Source of the DNA: Bacteroidales bacterium
Lineage (GTDB): Bacteria > Bacteroidota > Bacteroidia > Bacteroidales > DTGW01
NCBI GenBank assembly: GCA_035374585.1
Contig: DAOSPF010000003.1
Location: 2,746 to 66,745, forward strand
Direction of reading: 5' to 3'
Length of the DNA stretch: 64,000 nucleotides
Shown here: one piece after another, positions 53,010 through 61,875 of the stretch
How positions within the stretch are numbered: position 1 is the first letter of the stretch
Layout: the number at the start of each line of letters is the position of its first letter
Position numbers and translations under genes: made by a program
The notes under the pieces: model-generated
The model's input: only the letters and a program-made list of their open reading frames with translations
Told to the model about the DNA's origin: nothing
The model's database searches: none

Positions 53010-54944
53010 ATGAAACAAATAATTTTGTCCATCAGCTTGCTCATCGCAGCCAAATGTATGGCAGCACCAGCAGACACAATACCTGCTAACAGTTCGCTTA
53101 TTGAATATACTGGTAGAATTGACTTTTCCAACCCATTAGCCCCCAAGTTCTCATATTCTGGAGTTTCTATCAGGGCTTGTTTTACAGGAACAAGCATAGC
53201 GGCCATTATGAATGACAATATTGGCAAAAACTACTACAATGTTATACTTGACGGAAAAGTGACAGATACAATAAATGTAAGTATTGGACAAAAGACATAT
53301 CTGTTGGCTGAAGGCCTTGAAAACAAAGTACACGAAATTGAACTGTTCAAACGTACCGAACAGGAATTTGGAAAAACCGAGTTTCTTGGTTTTGTCGTTG
53401 ACAAAGACGCAAACCTGTCCACTATTGTCAACCAACGTGAGAAAATGATTGAATTTATTGGCAATTCAATCACCTGTGGCTATGGAAACGAAGGAAAAAA
53501 TGGCGAAAAATTTGGCCCTACTACTGAAAACCACTACCTGACCTACGCTGCCATAACATCACGTAACTTTAATGCCCGCCATTTGGCCGTTTGCAAGTCA
53601 GGGATTGGCATATACCGCAATTATGATGGCCCGGCAACAGGCGATGCAGAGTGCATGACCAACCTCTACACACGAACATTCCTTTATGATGACAAGCCTA
53701 AGTATTCTTTTGCACAAAAACCCGATCTCGTTTGTATTGACCTGGGCACAAATGATTTCAGCACTACTGGTTGTGACTCGGCCAGATTTATCAACAACTA
53801 CTTCAGGCTGATTGACACCATCCAAACCAAATATGCCATGCCAGAGATTATCTGCCTGGCAGGCCCCATGATGTCCGGCTCAGCCTTGGTAACAATAAAA
53901 AAGTACCTTACCTTTATTGCCGATTCTGCAACAAAGAAAGGCAAAGGCAAGGTTTACTTTTTTGAAATGTCTGCCCAATCAGGCGATGTAGGTATTGATT
54001 ACCACCCAAATGTAACTCAGCACAAAAAAAATGCACAGGAGCTTACCGATTTTATTGTAAAAACTAAAGGATGGAAGATTACTCCACTTGCTGCAAGCGC
54101 CAGTTTGATTGGGGCCAAACATATTCAGGTAGTTTTCAATACGGGCATTCAAGATTCAACTAACAATTTTACCGGAATTGCAGTAGCCGGAAACAATGGT
54201 AATGTTTCCATTGACACAGCTTTTATTGATACTGCTGATAATAAAATTTTGCATATACTTACAGAAAGCAGTTTTGCCATTGGCGAAAGTGTAACATTCA
54301 GCTATAATCAGGGCTCTATAATGTCTATCGACTCTATTGCATTACTGACAATTAATCAATACACAATACAAAACAAACTCACAGAAACCAAGCTGGCAAG
54401 AGGGATTTCTACAACTGATGGTAAATCCATCTTACTTTCTTTCAATAAAGCCCTGAAAAACAACAATAACATTGAAGGGCTTACTATTACAAACAGTAAA
54501 GGCATATTAGCCATTGACTCTTTTGCTATATCAGGCACCCAAATAAACCTTTACCTTAAAGAAGCTTTAATAAAGGGCGATTCAATATTTGCTAATTATA
54601 ATGGCAATGCCATTGTAGGTTTTGACGATATACCACTGGAAAGTATAACAAAATTGGTTGTTAAAAATGCTTCAAAAATCGTAAGTATAACAAATATGAA
54701 AAATACAACTGTAGAAATTTTTCCTAACCCCAATAAAACTGGAAAAATTTATTACCGCATAAATCTAACTTCAGGCAACAAAGGAACTATTGACATTTTC
54801 AACATTAATGGCAAATTGGTGTTTAGCCAAAGTATTTCAAAAACAGAGGGTTTCATTGACGCTACCAACCTCAAAAAGGGAAGTTACATCGTCAAAATCA
54901 AACAAGGAGAAAACTCAATATCAAAAACCATACTCTTACAATAA
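53010..54944 (+). CDS. T9SS-secreted SGNH/GDSL hydrolase, CE2-like acetyl esterase with Ig-like repeats and a T9SS C-terminal sorting domain
   Basis: 644 aa. Signal peptide, N-terminal beta-sandwich, SGNH block I GNSITCGYG, DLGTNDF, and a C-terminal FPNPN...GSYIVKIK...ILLQ sorting domain. Confidence 0.8.
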   Translation: MKQIILSISLLIAAKCMAAPADTIPANSSLIEYTGRIDFSNPLAPKFSYSGVSIRACFTGTSIAAIMNDNIGKNYYNVILDGKVTDTINVSIGQKTYLLAEGLENKVHEIELFKRTEQEFGKTEFLGFVVDKDANLSTIVNQREKMIEFIGNSITCGYGNEGKNGEKFGPTTENHYLTYAAITSRNFNARHLAVCKSGIGIYRNYDGPATGDAECMTNLYTRTFLYDDKPKYSFAQKPDLVCIDLGTNDFSTTGCDSARFINNYFRLIDTIQTKYAMPEIICLAGPMMSGSALVTIKKYLTFIADSATKKGKGKVYFFEMSAQSGDVGIDYHPNVTQHKKNAQELTDFIVKTKGWKITPLAASASLIGAKHIQVVFNTGIQDSTNNFTGIAVAGNNGNVSIDTAFIDTADNKILHILTESSFAIGESVTFSYNQGSIMSIDSIALLTINQYTIQNKLTETKLARGISTTDGKSILLSFNKALKNNNNIEGLTITNSKGILAIDSFAISGTQINLYLKEALIKGDSIFANYNGNAIVGFDDIPLESITKLVVKNASKIVSITNMKNTTVEIFPNPNKTGKIYYRINLTSGNKGTIDIFNINGKLVFSQSISKTEGFIDATNLKKGSYIVKIKQGENSISKTILLQ

Positions 54945-55001
54945 AAACAACTCATTGAAAATGAACAACTATACTTATTATAACTAATTAATTTCTCAAT
55001 T

Positions 55002-56600
55002 ATGGCAAACACAAAAAAGATGCATCCATTAGCATGGTTAATGCTATTTATGCTTTGCATGAACGTGGGGGCTCAAAACCCCAATTTTTACATCTATCTT
55101 TGCTTTGGGCAGTCCAATATGGAAGGCCAGGGGACAATAGAAACGCAGGACAAAACCGTTGACAGCCGTTTTAAGGTTTTTCAGGCGCTGAATTGTTCAA
55201 ACCTTGGAAGAACAAAGGCCAAATGGTACACCGCCGTACCGCCAACCTGTCAGTGCTACTCAAAACTCTCGCCTGCCGACTACTTTGGCAGGACAATGGT
55301 GGCTAACCTCCCCGACAGCATTACTGTAGGCATCATCAACGTTGCTGTGGGAGGCTGCGATATCAGGTTGTTTGATAAAGACATATACATGGATTATGAT
55401 TCTACTTACAAAGAAAGCTGGTTTACCTCTAAGGTTAAGGATTATGGCTATAATCCATATAAATACCTCATCGACCTGGCTAAACTGGCCCAACAAGATG
55501 GTGTTATAAAAGGTATCCTTCTTCACCAGGGCGAAACCAATACCGGAGATGCTCAATGGCCAACTTATGTTAAGAAAATATACAACGATATGCTTGCCGA
55601 CCTTTCATTGAAAGCAGACTCTGTTCCCATTCTGGCCGGAGAAGTATTGGCCGCAGCAGGCAATTGCTGTTCAAGCATGAATAGCATTATTAAAAGGCTG
55701 CCCGACACTATTCCTACTGCACATGTTATATCATCTGCCGGATGCGCCGGACAAGATTATGCCCACTTTAATTCTGAAGGTTACCGCAAACTTGGAAGAA
55801 GATACGGCGCTACAATGCTTTCGCTCATGGGGTTAGAAGCAGCTTATGCCGAAGCAGAGTGCGGCACCGTTGGAAAAAACTGGAAAACTTTGGCTGACAA
55901 AAATGCTTCAAACGGAGCTTATGTAACCCAAACAGCCGCACAAAACAACACTGCCTCTGCGCCCTCAAGCGAAGACAACATCATTCAAATGAGCATTTCG
56001 GTAAGCGCTGATACCAGCTATTACCTCTATGGGCGTTTCAACAACGCAAGCGCCAATAGCAATGCATTTTGGGTAAAGGTAGATGATGCCGAATTTGAAT
56101 TGTTTGACAACCTTACCACAACCGGTTGGCAATGGCTCGAATTGAAAAAGCTCGATTTGACTGCCGGAGAGCACAAAATATATGTTGGCTTTGCCAAAGA
56201 CAGTGCAATGCTGGATAAAATATGTTTGAAAAACGCGCAAAAACTGCCGGTTGATGTTGCCGAAGAAGCTGCAAACCTATGCACCCCCTCTATTACACCT
56301 GACCCAACTCAGGTTGGTGTTACTGCTAAAGACGGGTACGCATTGTATCAAAATTTTCCCAACCCGGTTAACAATTGCAGCACCATCATCACATTCCACA
56401 TTCCCCAAACCAGCTTTGTATCTTTAAAAGTTTACAATTCGCAAGGATTGGAAATTAAAGAACTTGCAGGAAGAACATTTACCTCAGGCGAACATAACAT
56501 AACATTTAACATCGAAAAATTGTCTCCCGGGGCATATTTTTATACTTTGAGAGCAGGACAATTTTCTTCTACCCAAAAAATGATTATACCAGTTGAATAA
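55002..56600 (+). CDS. T9SS-secreted sialate O-acetylesterase-like (SASA/DUF303) esterase with a CBM-like domain and a T9SS C-terminal sorting domain
   Basis: 532 aa. GQSNMEGQG and HQGETNTGD. The middle region (AECG...YVGFAKDSAMLDKICL) looks CBM-like. C-terminal NFPNPVNN...GAYFYTLRAG is the sorting domain. Confidence 0.8.
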   Translation: MANTKKMHPLAWLMLFMLCMNVGAQNPNFYIYLCFGQSNMEGQGTIETQDKTVDSRFKVFQALNCSNLGRTKAKWYTAVPPTCQCYSKLSPADYFGRTMVANLPDSITVGIINVAVGGCDIRLFDKDIYMDYDSTYKESWFTSKVKDYGYNPYKYLIDLAKLAQQDGVIKGILLHQGETNTGDAQWPTYVKKIYNDMLADLSLKADSVPILAGEVLAAAGNCCSSMNSIIKRLPDTIPTAHVISSAGCAGQDYAHFNSEGYRKLGRRYGATMLSLMGLEAAYAEAECGTVGKNWKTLADKNASNGAYVTQTAAQNNTASAPSSEDNIIQMSISVSADTSYYLYGRFNNASANSNAFWVKVDDAEFELFDNLTTTGWQWLELKKLDLTAGEHKIYVGFAKDSAMLDKICLKNAQKLPVDVAEEAANLCTPSITPDPTQVGVTAKDGYALYQNFPNPVNNCSTIITFHIPQTSFVSLKVYNSQGLEIKELAGRTFTSGEHNITFNIEKLSPGAYFYTLRAGQFSSTQKMIIPVE

Positions 56601-56616
56601 TACATCACAAAATTTA

Positions 56617-56654
56617 ACCCAAAAAGGCTTTCAGCAATGAAGGCCTTTTTGGGT
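56617..56654 (+). terminator. hairpin terminator after the esterase gene
   Basis: ACCCAAAAAGGC-N14-GCCTTTTTGGGT, a 12-bp stem. Confidence 0.55.
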
Positions 56655-56728
56655 ATTTATCCTTTAATTGCTTAGAATATAGCTCCTGCTTAAGCAAACA
56701 TCTGTCAGTCCAATATTTGATTAGAAAA

Positions 56729-56952
56729 CACTGTTGTCCGGTAAAATTAAATAGATACTGGTAATATCGTTGATTAGAAACTGGTCGGCCCCGCCGGGGC
56801 TTAACTTTAACGATGTTTAATTGTACTACCAACAGGACGTCGCTACGCGACTAAATAATAGCAGCGTAACTGCGAACTGTTTGTAGGACAACCAAATACA
56901 CCAAATGTTTCTAAGCTGCATAGCGGCGGCCTGTTGGTACCGGACAACAATG
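56729..56952 (-). repeat. MITE-like structured interspersed element, copy B (inverted relative to copy A)
   Basis: Aligns end to end with the reverse complement of 1371-1598, with the same terminal repeats CTGTTGTCCGGTAAAA / GTACCGGACAACAA. Confidence 0.75.
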
Positions 56953-57017
56953 ATTATAAAATGAACCTGAACATTTTCTGTCATTCTTTCAGAAAATATT
57001 TCAATTCTCTTTTTTTT

Positions 57018-57959
57018 CTAAACATACCTTCTCAAATGTTCGCAAATTTCGGCTAATGCCAACTTCGACTCTCTAAAAAGATTGCCAAATGCAGGATAGC
57101 AATGGCACATACCTTTATCTACCCGCAGGGTTACAGGTACTCCGGCATCTTTGGCCTTTTGGGCAAAGCAGATAGCATCATCCAAAAGGATTTCATTTCC
57201 TCCGGCACTGATATGCAACGGGGGCAATCCCTTTAAATCGCCGTAAAGTGGCGAAATATATGGGTTGCTTCTGTCATGCCCCTTGGCATAAAACTCGCTG
57301 GCATATTGAGGACAACCTATTGGTGCAAAACACTTTTTCATGTTGGTTTTATACGACCTGCCGGTAAGCAACAAATCTGTCCAAGGCGAAAGCGCTGCTG
57401 CAGCCGCAGGAAGAGCAATACCCTTATCTTTCAATGCCAGTAAAGTAGCCAAACATAACCCTCCCCCGGCCGAATCTCCGGCAAATATAATATTTGAAGG
57501 CTTATAACCTTCGTCCAGCAAATATTGATAGGCAGCCAAAGCATCTTCCAAAGCAGAAGGATAAGAATATTCAGGAGCTAAACGATAATCAAACACCAAA
57601 GCATTGACACCCGTGCCTTGTACAAACTTAACCACGTGTTGCCTGTGCGATTGAGGAGATCCCAACAGGTACATTCCTCCATGAAAATACAGCATCGCCT
57701 TTTCTGCATGGTTGCCAGGCAATCTGACCCATTCTGCGTAGCGTCCATTAATGTTCAACTCGTCTATTACAGTTTCTTTGGGCAATTTGCCAAAACGATT
57801 GGCAGCCTGCTCAACCCTTTCGCGCATTTTTCGGATGCCTTCCATGGATGGGTCGAAAGGCTTGCGCTTCAATTGAAACCGAAATAAATGGCTATGGAGC
57901 ATCAGGTTGAGCAATATTTTACTTTTTAAGCTTTGCATATTGTTTACATTAAAATTCAT
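57018..57959 (-). CDS. alpha/beta hydrolase, hormone-sensitive-lipase (Aes)-type esterase
   Basis: 313 aa. Oxyanion HGGMYLLGS and nucleophile elbow GDSAGG. Confidence 0.85.
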   Translation of the reverse strand: MNFNVNNMQSLKSKILLNLMLHSHLFRFQLKRKPFDPSMEGIRKMRERVEQAANRFGKLPKETVIDELNINGRYAEWVRLPGNHAEKAMLYFHGGMYLLGSPQSHRQHVVKFVQGTGVNALVFDYRLAPEYSYPSALEDALAAYQYLLDEGYKPSNIIFAGDSAGGGLCLATLLALKDKGIALPAAAAALSPWTDLLLTGRSYKTNMKKCFAPIGCPQYASEFYAKGHDRSNPYISPLYGDLKGLPPLHISAGGNEILLDDAICFAQKAKDAGVPVTLRVDKGMCHCYPAFGNLFRESKLALAEICEHLRRYV

Positions 57960-58557
57960 TTAAAAACATATTGAGAATTATCCTTTTGTCGGGCATTTTG
58001 GCATTAGCGCCATTTATAGCTTTGTACATGGCCAACCCGTTGATGGTAGAAAAGAATAAGGTTGTCATTTCGGCTGCATCAAAACTCCTGACAGTACCTT
58101 CTTTTTGCCCATGAATGAAGATGCGGTTTATGACCCCGTATTTTATATTGTTTTGCGAAAAGATAAAGTCTCTGGCTTCCTGAGGAAAAGCCTCAGACAA
58201 AGCGGCTTGAGTAATGAGAAAGTAATAGTAGGCCGTTTCCACTTTTTGGTCAAACCCTTTTAAAAGCTGCTCAACAGCAAGCACAATCTTCTCTTTCGCC
58301 GACAATGGAAGCTTTTCCAATTCTAATGCTGCTGTATTCATCTTTTCTACTGCATCACGAATTAGCCAGTTAAACACTTCTTCTTTGGACTTGTAATAAT
58401 GATAAATTAAGCCCTGCGAAATACCTGTTTTTGCCGATATATCTGAGATACGGGTTGCAACCAACCCTTTCCTGGCAAACAACTCAAGGGCTGCAGCAAG
58501 TATCTGTTCGCGGCGTCCATCTTTCACCTTCTGGTTTGCTTCTTTATTGCGTGGCAT
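57949..58557 (-). CDS. TetR/AcrR-family transcriptional regulator
   Basis: 202 aa. HTH GLVATRISDISAKTGISQGLIYHYYKSKEEV. Overlaps the esterase start by 11 nt. Confidence 0.9.
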   Translation of the reverse strand: MPRNKEANQKVKDGRREQILAAALELFARKGLVATRISDISAKTGISQGLIYHYYKSKEEVFNWLIRDAVEKMNTAALELEKLPLSAKEKIVLAVEQLLKGFDQKVETAYYYFLITQAALSEAFPQEARDFIFSQNNIKYGVINRIFIHGQKEGTVRSFDAAEMTTLFFSTINGLAMYKAINGANAKMPDKRIILNMFLNEF

Positions 58558-58582
58558 ATATTGATTGATTATTTATTCAATG

Positions 58583-58590
58583 CAAAAATA
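58583..58590 (-). promoter_or_regulatory. candidate -7 box (TATTTTTG on minus strand) for the TetR-esterase operon
   Basis: TAnnTTTG match 26 nt upstream of ATG 58557. An imperfect inverted repeat (ATTGAAT-AAAT-AATCAAT on the minus strand, arms complementary at 6 of 7 positions) at 58564-58581 lies between it and the start. Confidence 0.35.
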
Positions 58591-58694
58591 GCCATTTTTT
58601 TTAAAGAAAAAACAAGTCTTTTTAACTAAAAGTAAATTTCATTCGTTAATACAATTGAGTACCTTTAAGCAATCAACTTCAAAATACGCATAAA

Positions 58695-60488
58695 ATGAAC
58701 AACCTAAATTACGGAGTTATAGGCAATTGCAGGAGTGCAGCCTTGGTATCCAGCACGGGGAGCATTGATTGGTGTTGTTTGCCAGATTTTGATTCACCTT
58801 CGGTTTTTGCTAAAATATTAGACAAAGAAAAAGGCGGCTATATGGCATTTGAAGTGGATGATTCTTATAAAGTTTCACAAAAATATTTTCACCGCACCAA
58901 CGTTTTGTGTACAGAATTCAAGTCAGACGAAGGTACATTTGAGGTTATAGACTTCATGCCCAGGTATAAAACTGCCGAAAATCAATATTTTTCGCCATCT
59001 GAAATATACCGCTATATCAGGCCCATTAGTGGGGCTCCGATTTTTAAGGTAAAATATGCCCCGGCGTTAAATTATGCCAGAGAAAAAGTAGCCCATAACA
59101 TTGAAGACAACCGGGTGAGGTCGTACTCTGTTTCCAACCCCACTGATTGTATTTATTTATACAGCAGCATTGATTTTGAAGCCATACTAAACAGTACGCC
59201 TATAAAACTTGAGAAACAACAGTTTCTTCTTGTCTCGTACAACCAAAAGCTTATAGACATTGACATTAACAGGGTATATCTTGAATATCAGCGGACAAAA
59301 GTATATTGGCTAAACTGGACAAACCGTTCAAAAAAATACGAAGAATATACTGAAGAAATCATCAGGAGTTTGCTTGTGTTGAAAATGATGACATATCAGC
59401 CAACAGGCGCAATATTGGCTGCGTTGACAACAAGCATCCCCGAAACTATAGGAGAAGTGCGAAACTGGGATTATCGTTTTTGCTGGCTGCGAGATGCCTC
59501 TATGGCCATAGATACATTGCTAAAAATGGGGCACTACAATTCGGCCAAAGGGTTTATGACGTTTATCAAAGGCATTCTCAAATCAAAGCATGACACGTTT
59601 CAAATCATGTATGGCATCCGTGGTGAAAGAAACCTGACCGAATATAACCTGATGCACCTTTCAGGTTACGAAAACTCAAAGCCGGTACGCATAGGCAATG
59701 CAGCATACTATCAAAGGCAAAACGATGTATTTGGGTACCTTTTAAATGTTATTTACCAGTATTACGAATATTTTCCTGGCACACTGGACGAGATTGAAGA
59801 TATGTGGGAAATAGTGCGCAATATAGCCCGTACAGTTTCTACACATTGGGAAAAACCAGACAAAGGTATTTGGGAAATACGCAACAACGAAAAACACTTT
59901 GTATTTTCAAAGGTGATGAGCTGGGTAGCCATGGACAGGGCTACTAAAATAGCTACCATCCTTAACAAGCCGTATTATTACTGCAATTGGAGAGAGATTG
60001 CAAATGACATTAAAAATGATGTTTTAAAAAATGGATGGAAAAAAGAAATTCAATCATTCTCGCAAGCTTATGACAATACCGAGTTGGACGCATCTTTGCT
60101 GCTAATGGCCGAATATGGTTTCATTTCGCATACAGACGAAAAATTTATAAACACCGTACAGGCTGTAAAAAAAGCACTTTCTCACCAAGGGCTTATGTAC
60201 CGCTATAAAAATGAAGACGACTTTGGCAATCCCTCGTCATCATTCACCATTTGCACATTTTGGCTGATTCAGGCCTTATATCAAACCGGGCAAGCGGCTG
60301 AGGCCAAAAACATCTTCGACAACCTCCTGCAATGGAGCAACCACCTTGGACTTTATAGTGAAGACTTAGATTTTGAAACAAAAAGGCTGTTGGGCAACTT
60401 CCCACAAGTATATTCGCACCTGGCTTTCATCAATACTGCAACAATGTTTTCAAAAGAAAAAATTATTTCACGGTTTATCAAGCCATGA
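58695..60488 (+). CDS. glycoside hydrolase family 15 protein (glucoamylase/trehalase-type)
   Basis: 597 aa. N-terminal YGVIGNCRSAALVSSTGSIDWCCLP and the catalytic-region WDYRFCWLRDAS are typical of bacterial GH15. Confidence 0.85.
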   Translation: MNNLNYGVIGNCRSAALVSSTGSIDWCCLPDFDSPSVFAKILDKEKGGYMAFEVDDSYKVSQKYFHRTNVLCTEFKSDEGTFEVIDFMPRYKTAENQYFSPSEIYRYIRPISGAPIFKVKYAPALNYAREKVAHNIEDNRVRSYSVSNPTDCIYLYSSIDFEAILNSTPIKLEKQQFLLVSYNQKLIDIDINRVYLEYQRTKVYWLNWTNRSKKYEEYTEEIIRSLLVLKMMTYQPTGAILAALTTSIPETIGEVRNWDYRFCWLRDASMAIDTLLKMGHYNSAKGFMTFIKGILKSKHDTFQIMYGIRGERNLTEYNLMHLSGYENSKPVRIGNAAYYQRQNDVFGYLLNVIYQYYEYFPGTLDEIEDMWEIVRNIARTVSTHWEKPDKGIWEIRNNEKHFVFSKVMSWVAMDRATKIATILNKPYYYCNWREIANDIKNDVLKNGWKKEIQSFSQAYDNTELDASLLLMAEYGFISHTDEKFINTVQAVKKALSHQGLMYRYKNEDDFGNPSSSFTICTFWLIQALYQTGQAAEAKNIFDNLLQWSNHLGLYSEDLDFETKRLLGNFPQVYSHLAFINTATMFSKEKIISRFIKP

Positions 60489-60538
60489 TTTTTAATTGTA
60501 AAAAACAATAAAAAACGTTATACGACAATCTGAAAAAT

Positions 60539-61858
60539 ATGGGAGCAAAGAGCGTTATCCGAAAAGTATTACACTTTTTCAATTTAGAGTCAGAACTGGA
60601 AGAACAGGATTCGGTTTATGAAGAGATAAAAAAAGGGATTATTTTCAAAGGAACCAACCTTTGGATTTTGATATTTGCCATCATCATTGCATCTATTGGC
60701 CTGAACATGAATTCAACAGCGGTAATTATTGGGGCAATGCTTATTTCGCCACTAATGGGGCCAATCAATGGCATGGGATACAGCATTGCCACCTACGATT
60801 TTGAATTATTCAAAAGGTCTTTAAAAAACTTTGCTTTTGCTATTATCTCAAGCTTGGTTGCATCAACAGCATACTTTGCATTAAGCCCAATATCGACTGC
60901 ACATTCAGAATTATTGGCCAGAACAAGCCCTACTATATATGATGTTTTAATTGCTTTATTTGGTGGTTTGGCAGGTATTGTAGCTATTAGCAGCAGGCAA
61001 AAAGGCAATGTCATACCCGGTGTAGCTATAGCCACTGCACTGATGCCCCCCTTATGCACTGCTGGTTATGGTATTGCCACAGGACAATTGGATTTTTTCC
61101 TGGGAGCTTTTTATTTATTCACCATCAATACCATATTTATTGCCATTGCCTCGGTATGGATATCGCAACTGTTGAATTTTCCTATAAGAACTATTATAGA
61201 CGAAAAAAAGAAAAAACACATCAACAGGATAATAACCCTGATTATCTCTATTGTACTATTACCCAGTATTTTCTTTGGGTATAAGCTGGTTAAGCAGGAA
61301 GAATTTATCCAAAAAACAAACCAATACATTTCGGGCATTTCAAATTTTGAAGGAAATTACCTGCTGAACCATAAAATAGATGAAAAAAGCCATGAAATAA
61401 CTTTGGTTTATGGAGGCACTTCCCTGTCTGATGAGCAAAAAGATGCAATAATAATGAAAGCCAAAGATTTTGGACTTGAAGAAACTATTATACACATTGA
61501 GCAAGGAATCTCATTGGGCAATAAAGATAACGAAAAAGGAGAATTATTCAGGTTAAAAGAAGAAATAATAACATTAAACAGTACTTTAAAGAAAAAAAAG
61601 GCAACGCTTGACAGCATTCAAAATTCACACCAGACAGGACAAGTTTTGCTCAACGAAATTCAAACTATATACCCGCAAATAAAAAATTGCTCTTATTCAA
61701 AAACCTATACCTATAGTGAAAAGCATGCATCTCCAACAAGTACAACCATTATAGTTTTAACAACAAAAGGCTCAATCACTGTTTCTGAAAAAGCAAAAAT
61801 CAATAATTGGTTAAAAAAAAGGCTGAATAATGAAGCTGTGAAAGTTTTTTATGAATAA
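60539..61858 (+). CDS. DUF389-family integral membrane protein with an extra C-terminal soluble domain
   Basis: 439 aa. The IIGAMLISPLMGPI motif and the TM pattern are characteristic of DUF389/TIGR00341. Confidence 0.7.
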   Translation: MGAKSVIRKVLHFFNLESELEEQDSVYEEIKKGIIFKGTNLWILIFAIIIASIGLNMNSTAVIIGAMLISPLMGPINGMGYSIATYDFELFKRSLKNFAFAIISSLVASTAYFALSPISTAHSELLARTSPTIYDVLIALFGGLAGIVAISSRQKGNVIPGVAIATALMPPLCTAGYGIATGQLDFFLGAFYLFTINTIFIAIASVWISQLLNFPIRTIIDEKKKKHINRIITLIISIVLLPSIFFGYKLVKQEEFIQKTNQYISGISNFEGNYLLNHKIDEKSHEITLVYGGTSLSDEQKDAIIMKAKDFGLEETIIHIEQGISLGNKDNEKGELFRLKEEIITLNSTLKKKKATLDSIQNSHQTGQVLLNEIQTIYPQIKNCSYSKTYTYSEKHASPTSTTIIVLTTKGSITVSEKAKINNWLKKRLNNEAVKVFYE

Positions 61859-61875
61859 GCAAAAGCAAATAAGCT

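Noticed and set aside
56614-56832. 72-aa minus-strand ORF.
   Set aside because: It is generated largely by the 224-bp repeat element and the terminator hairpin, and copy A of the element does not maintain the frame.
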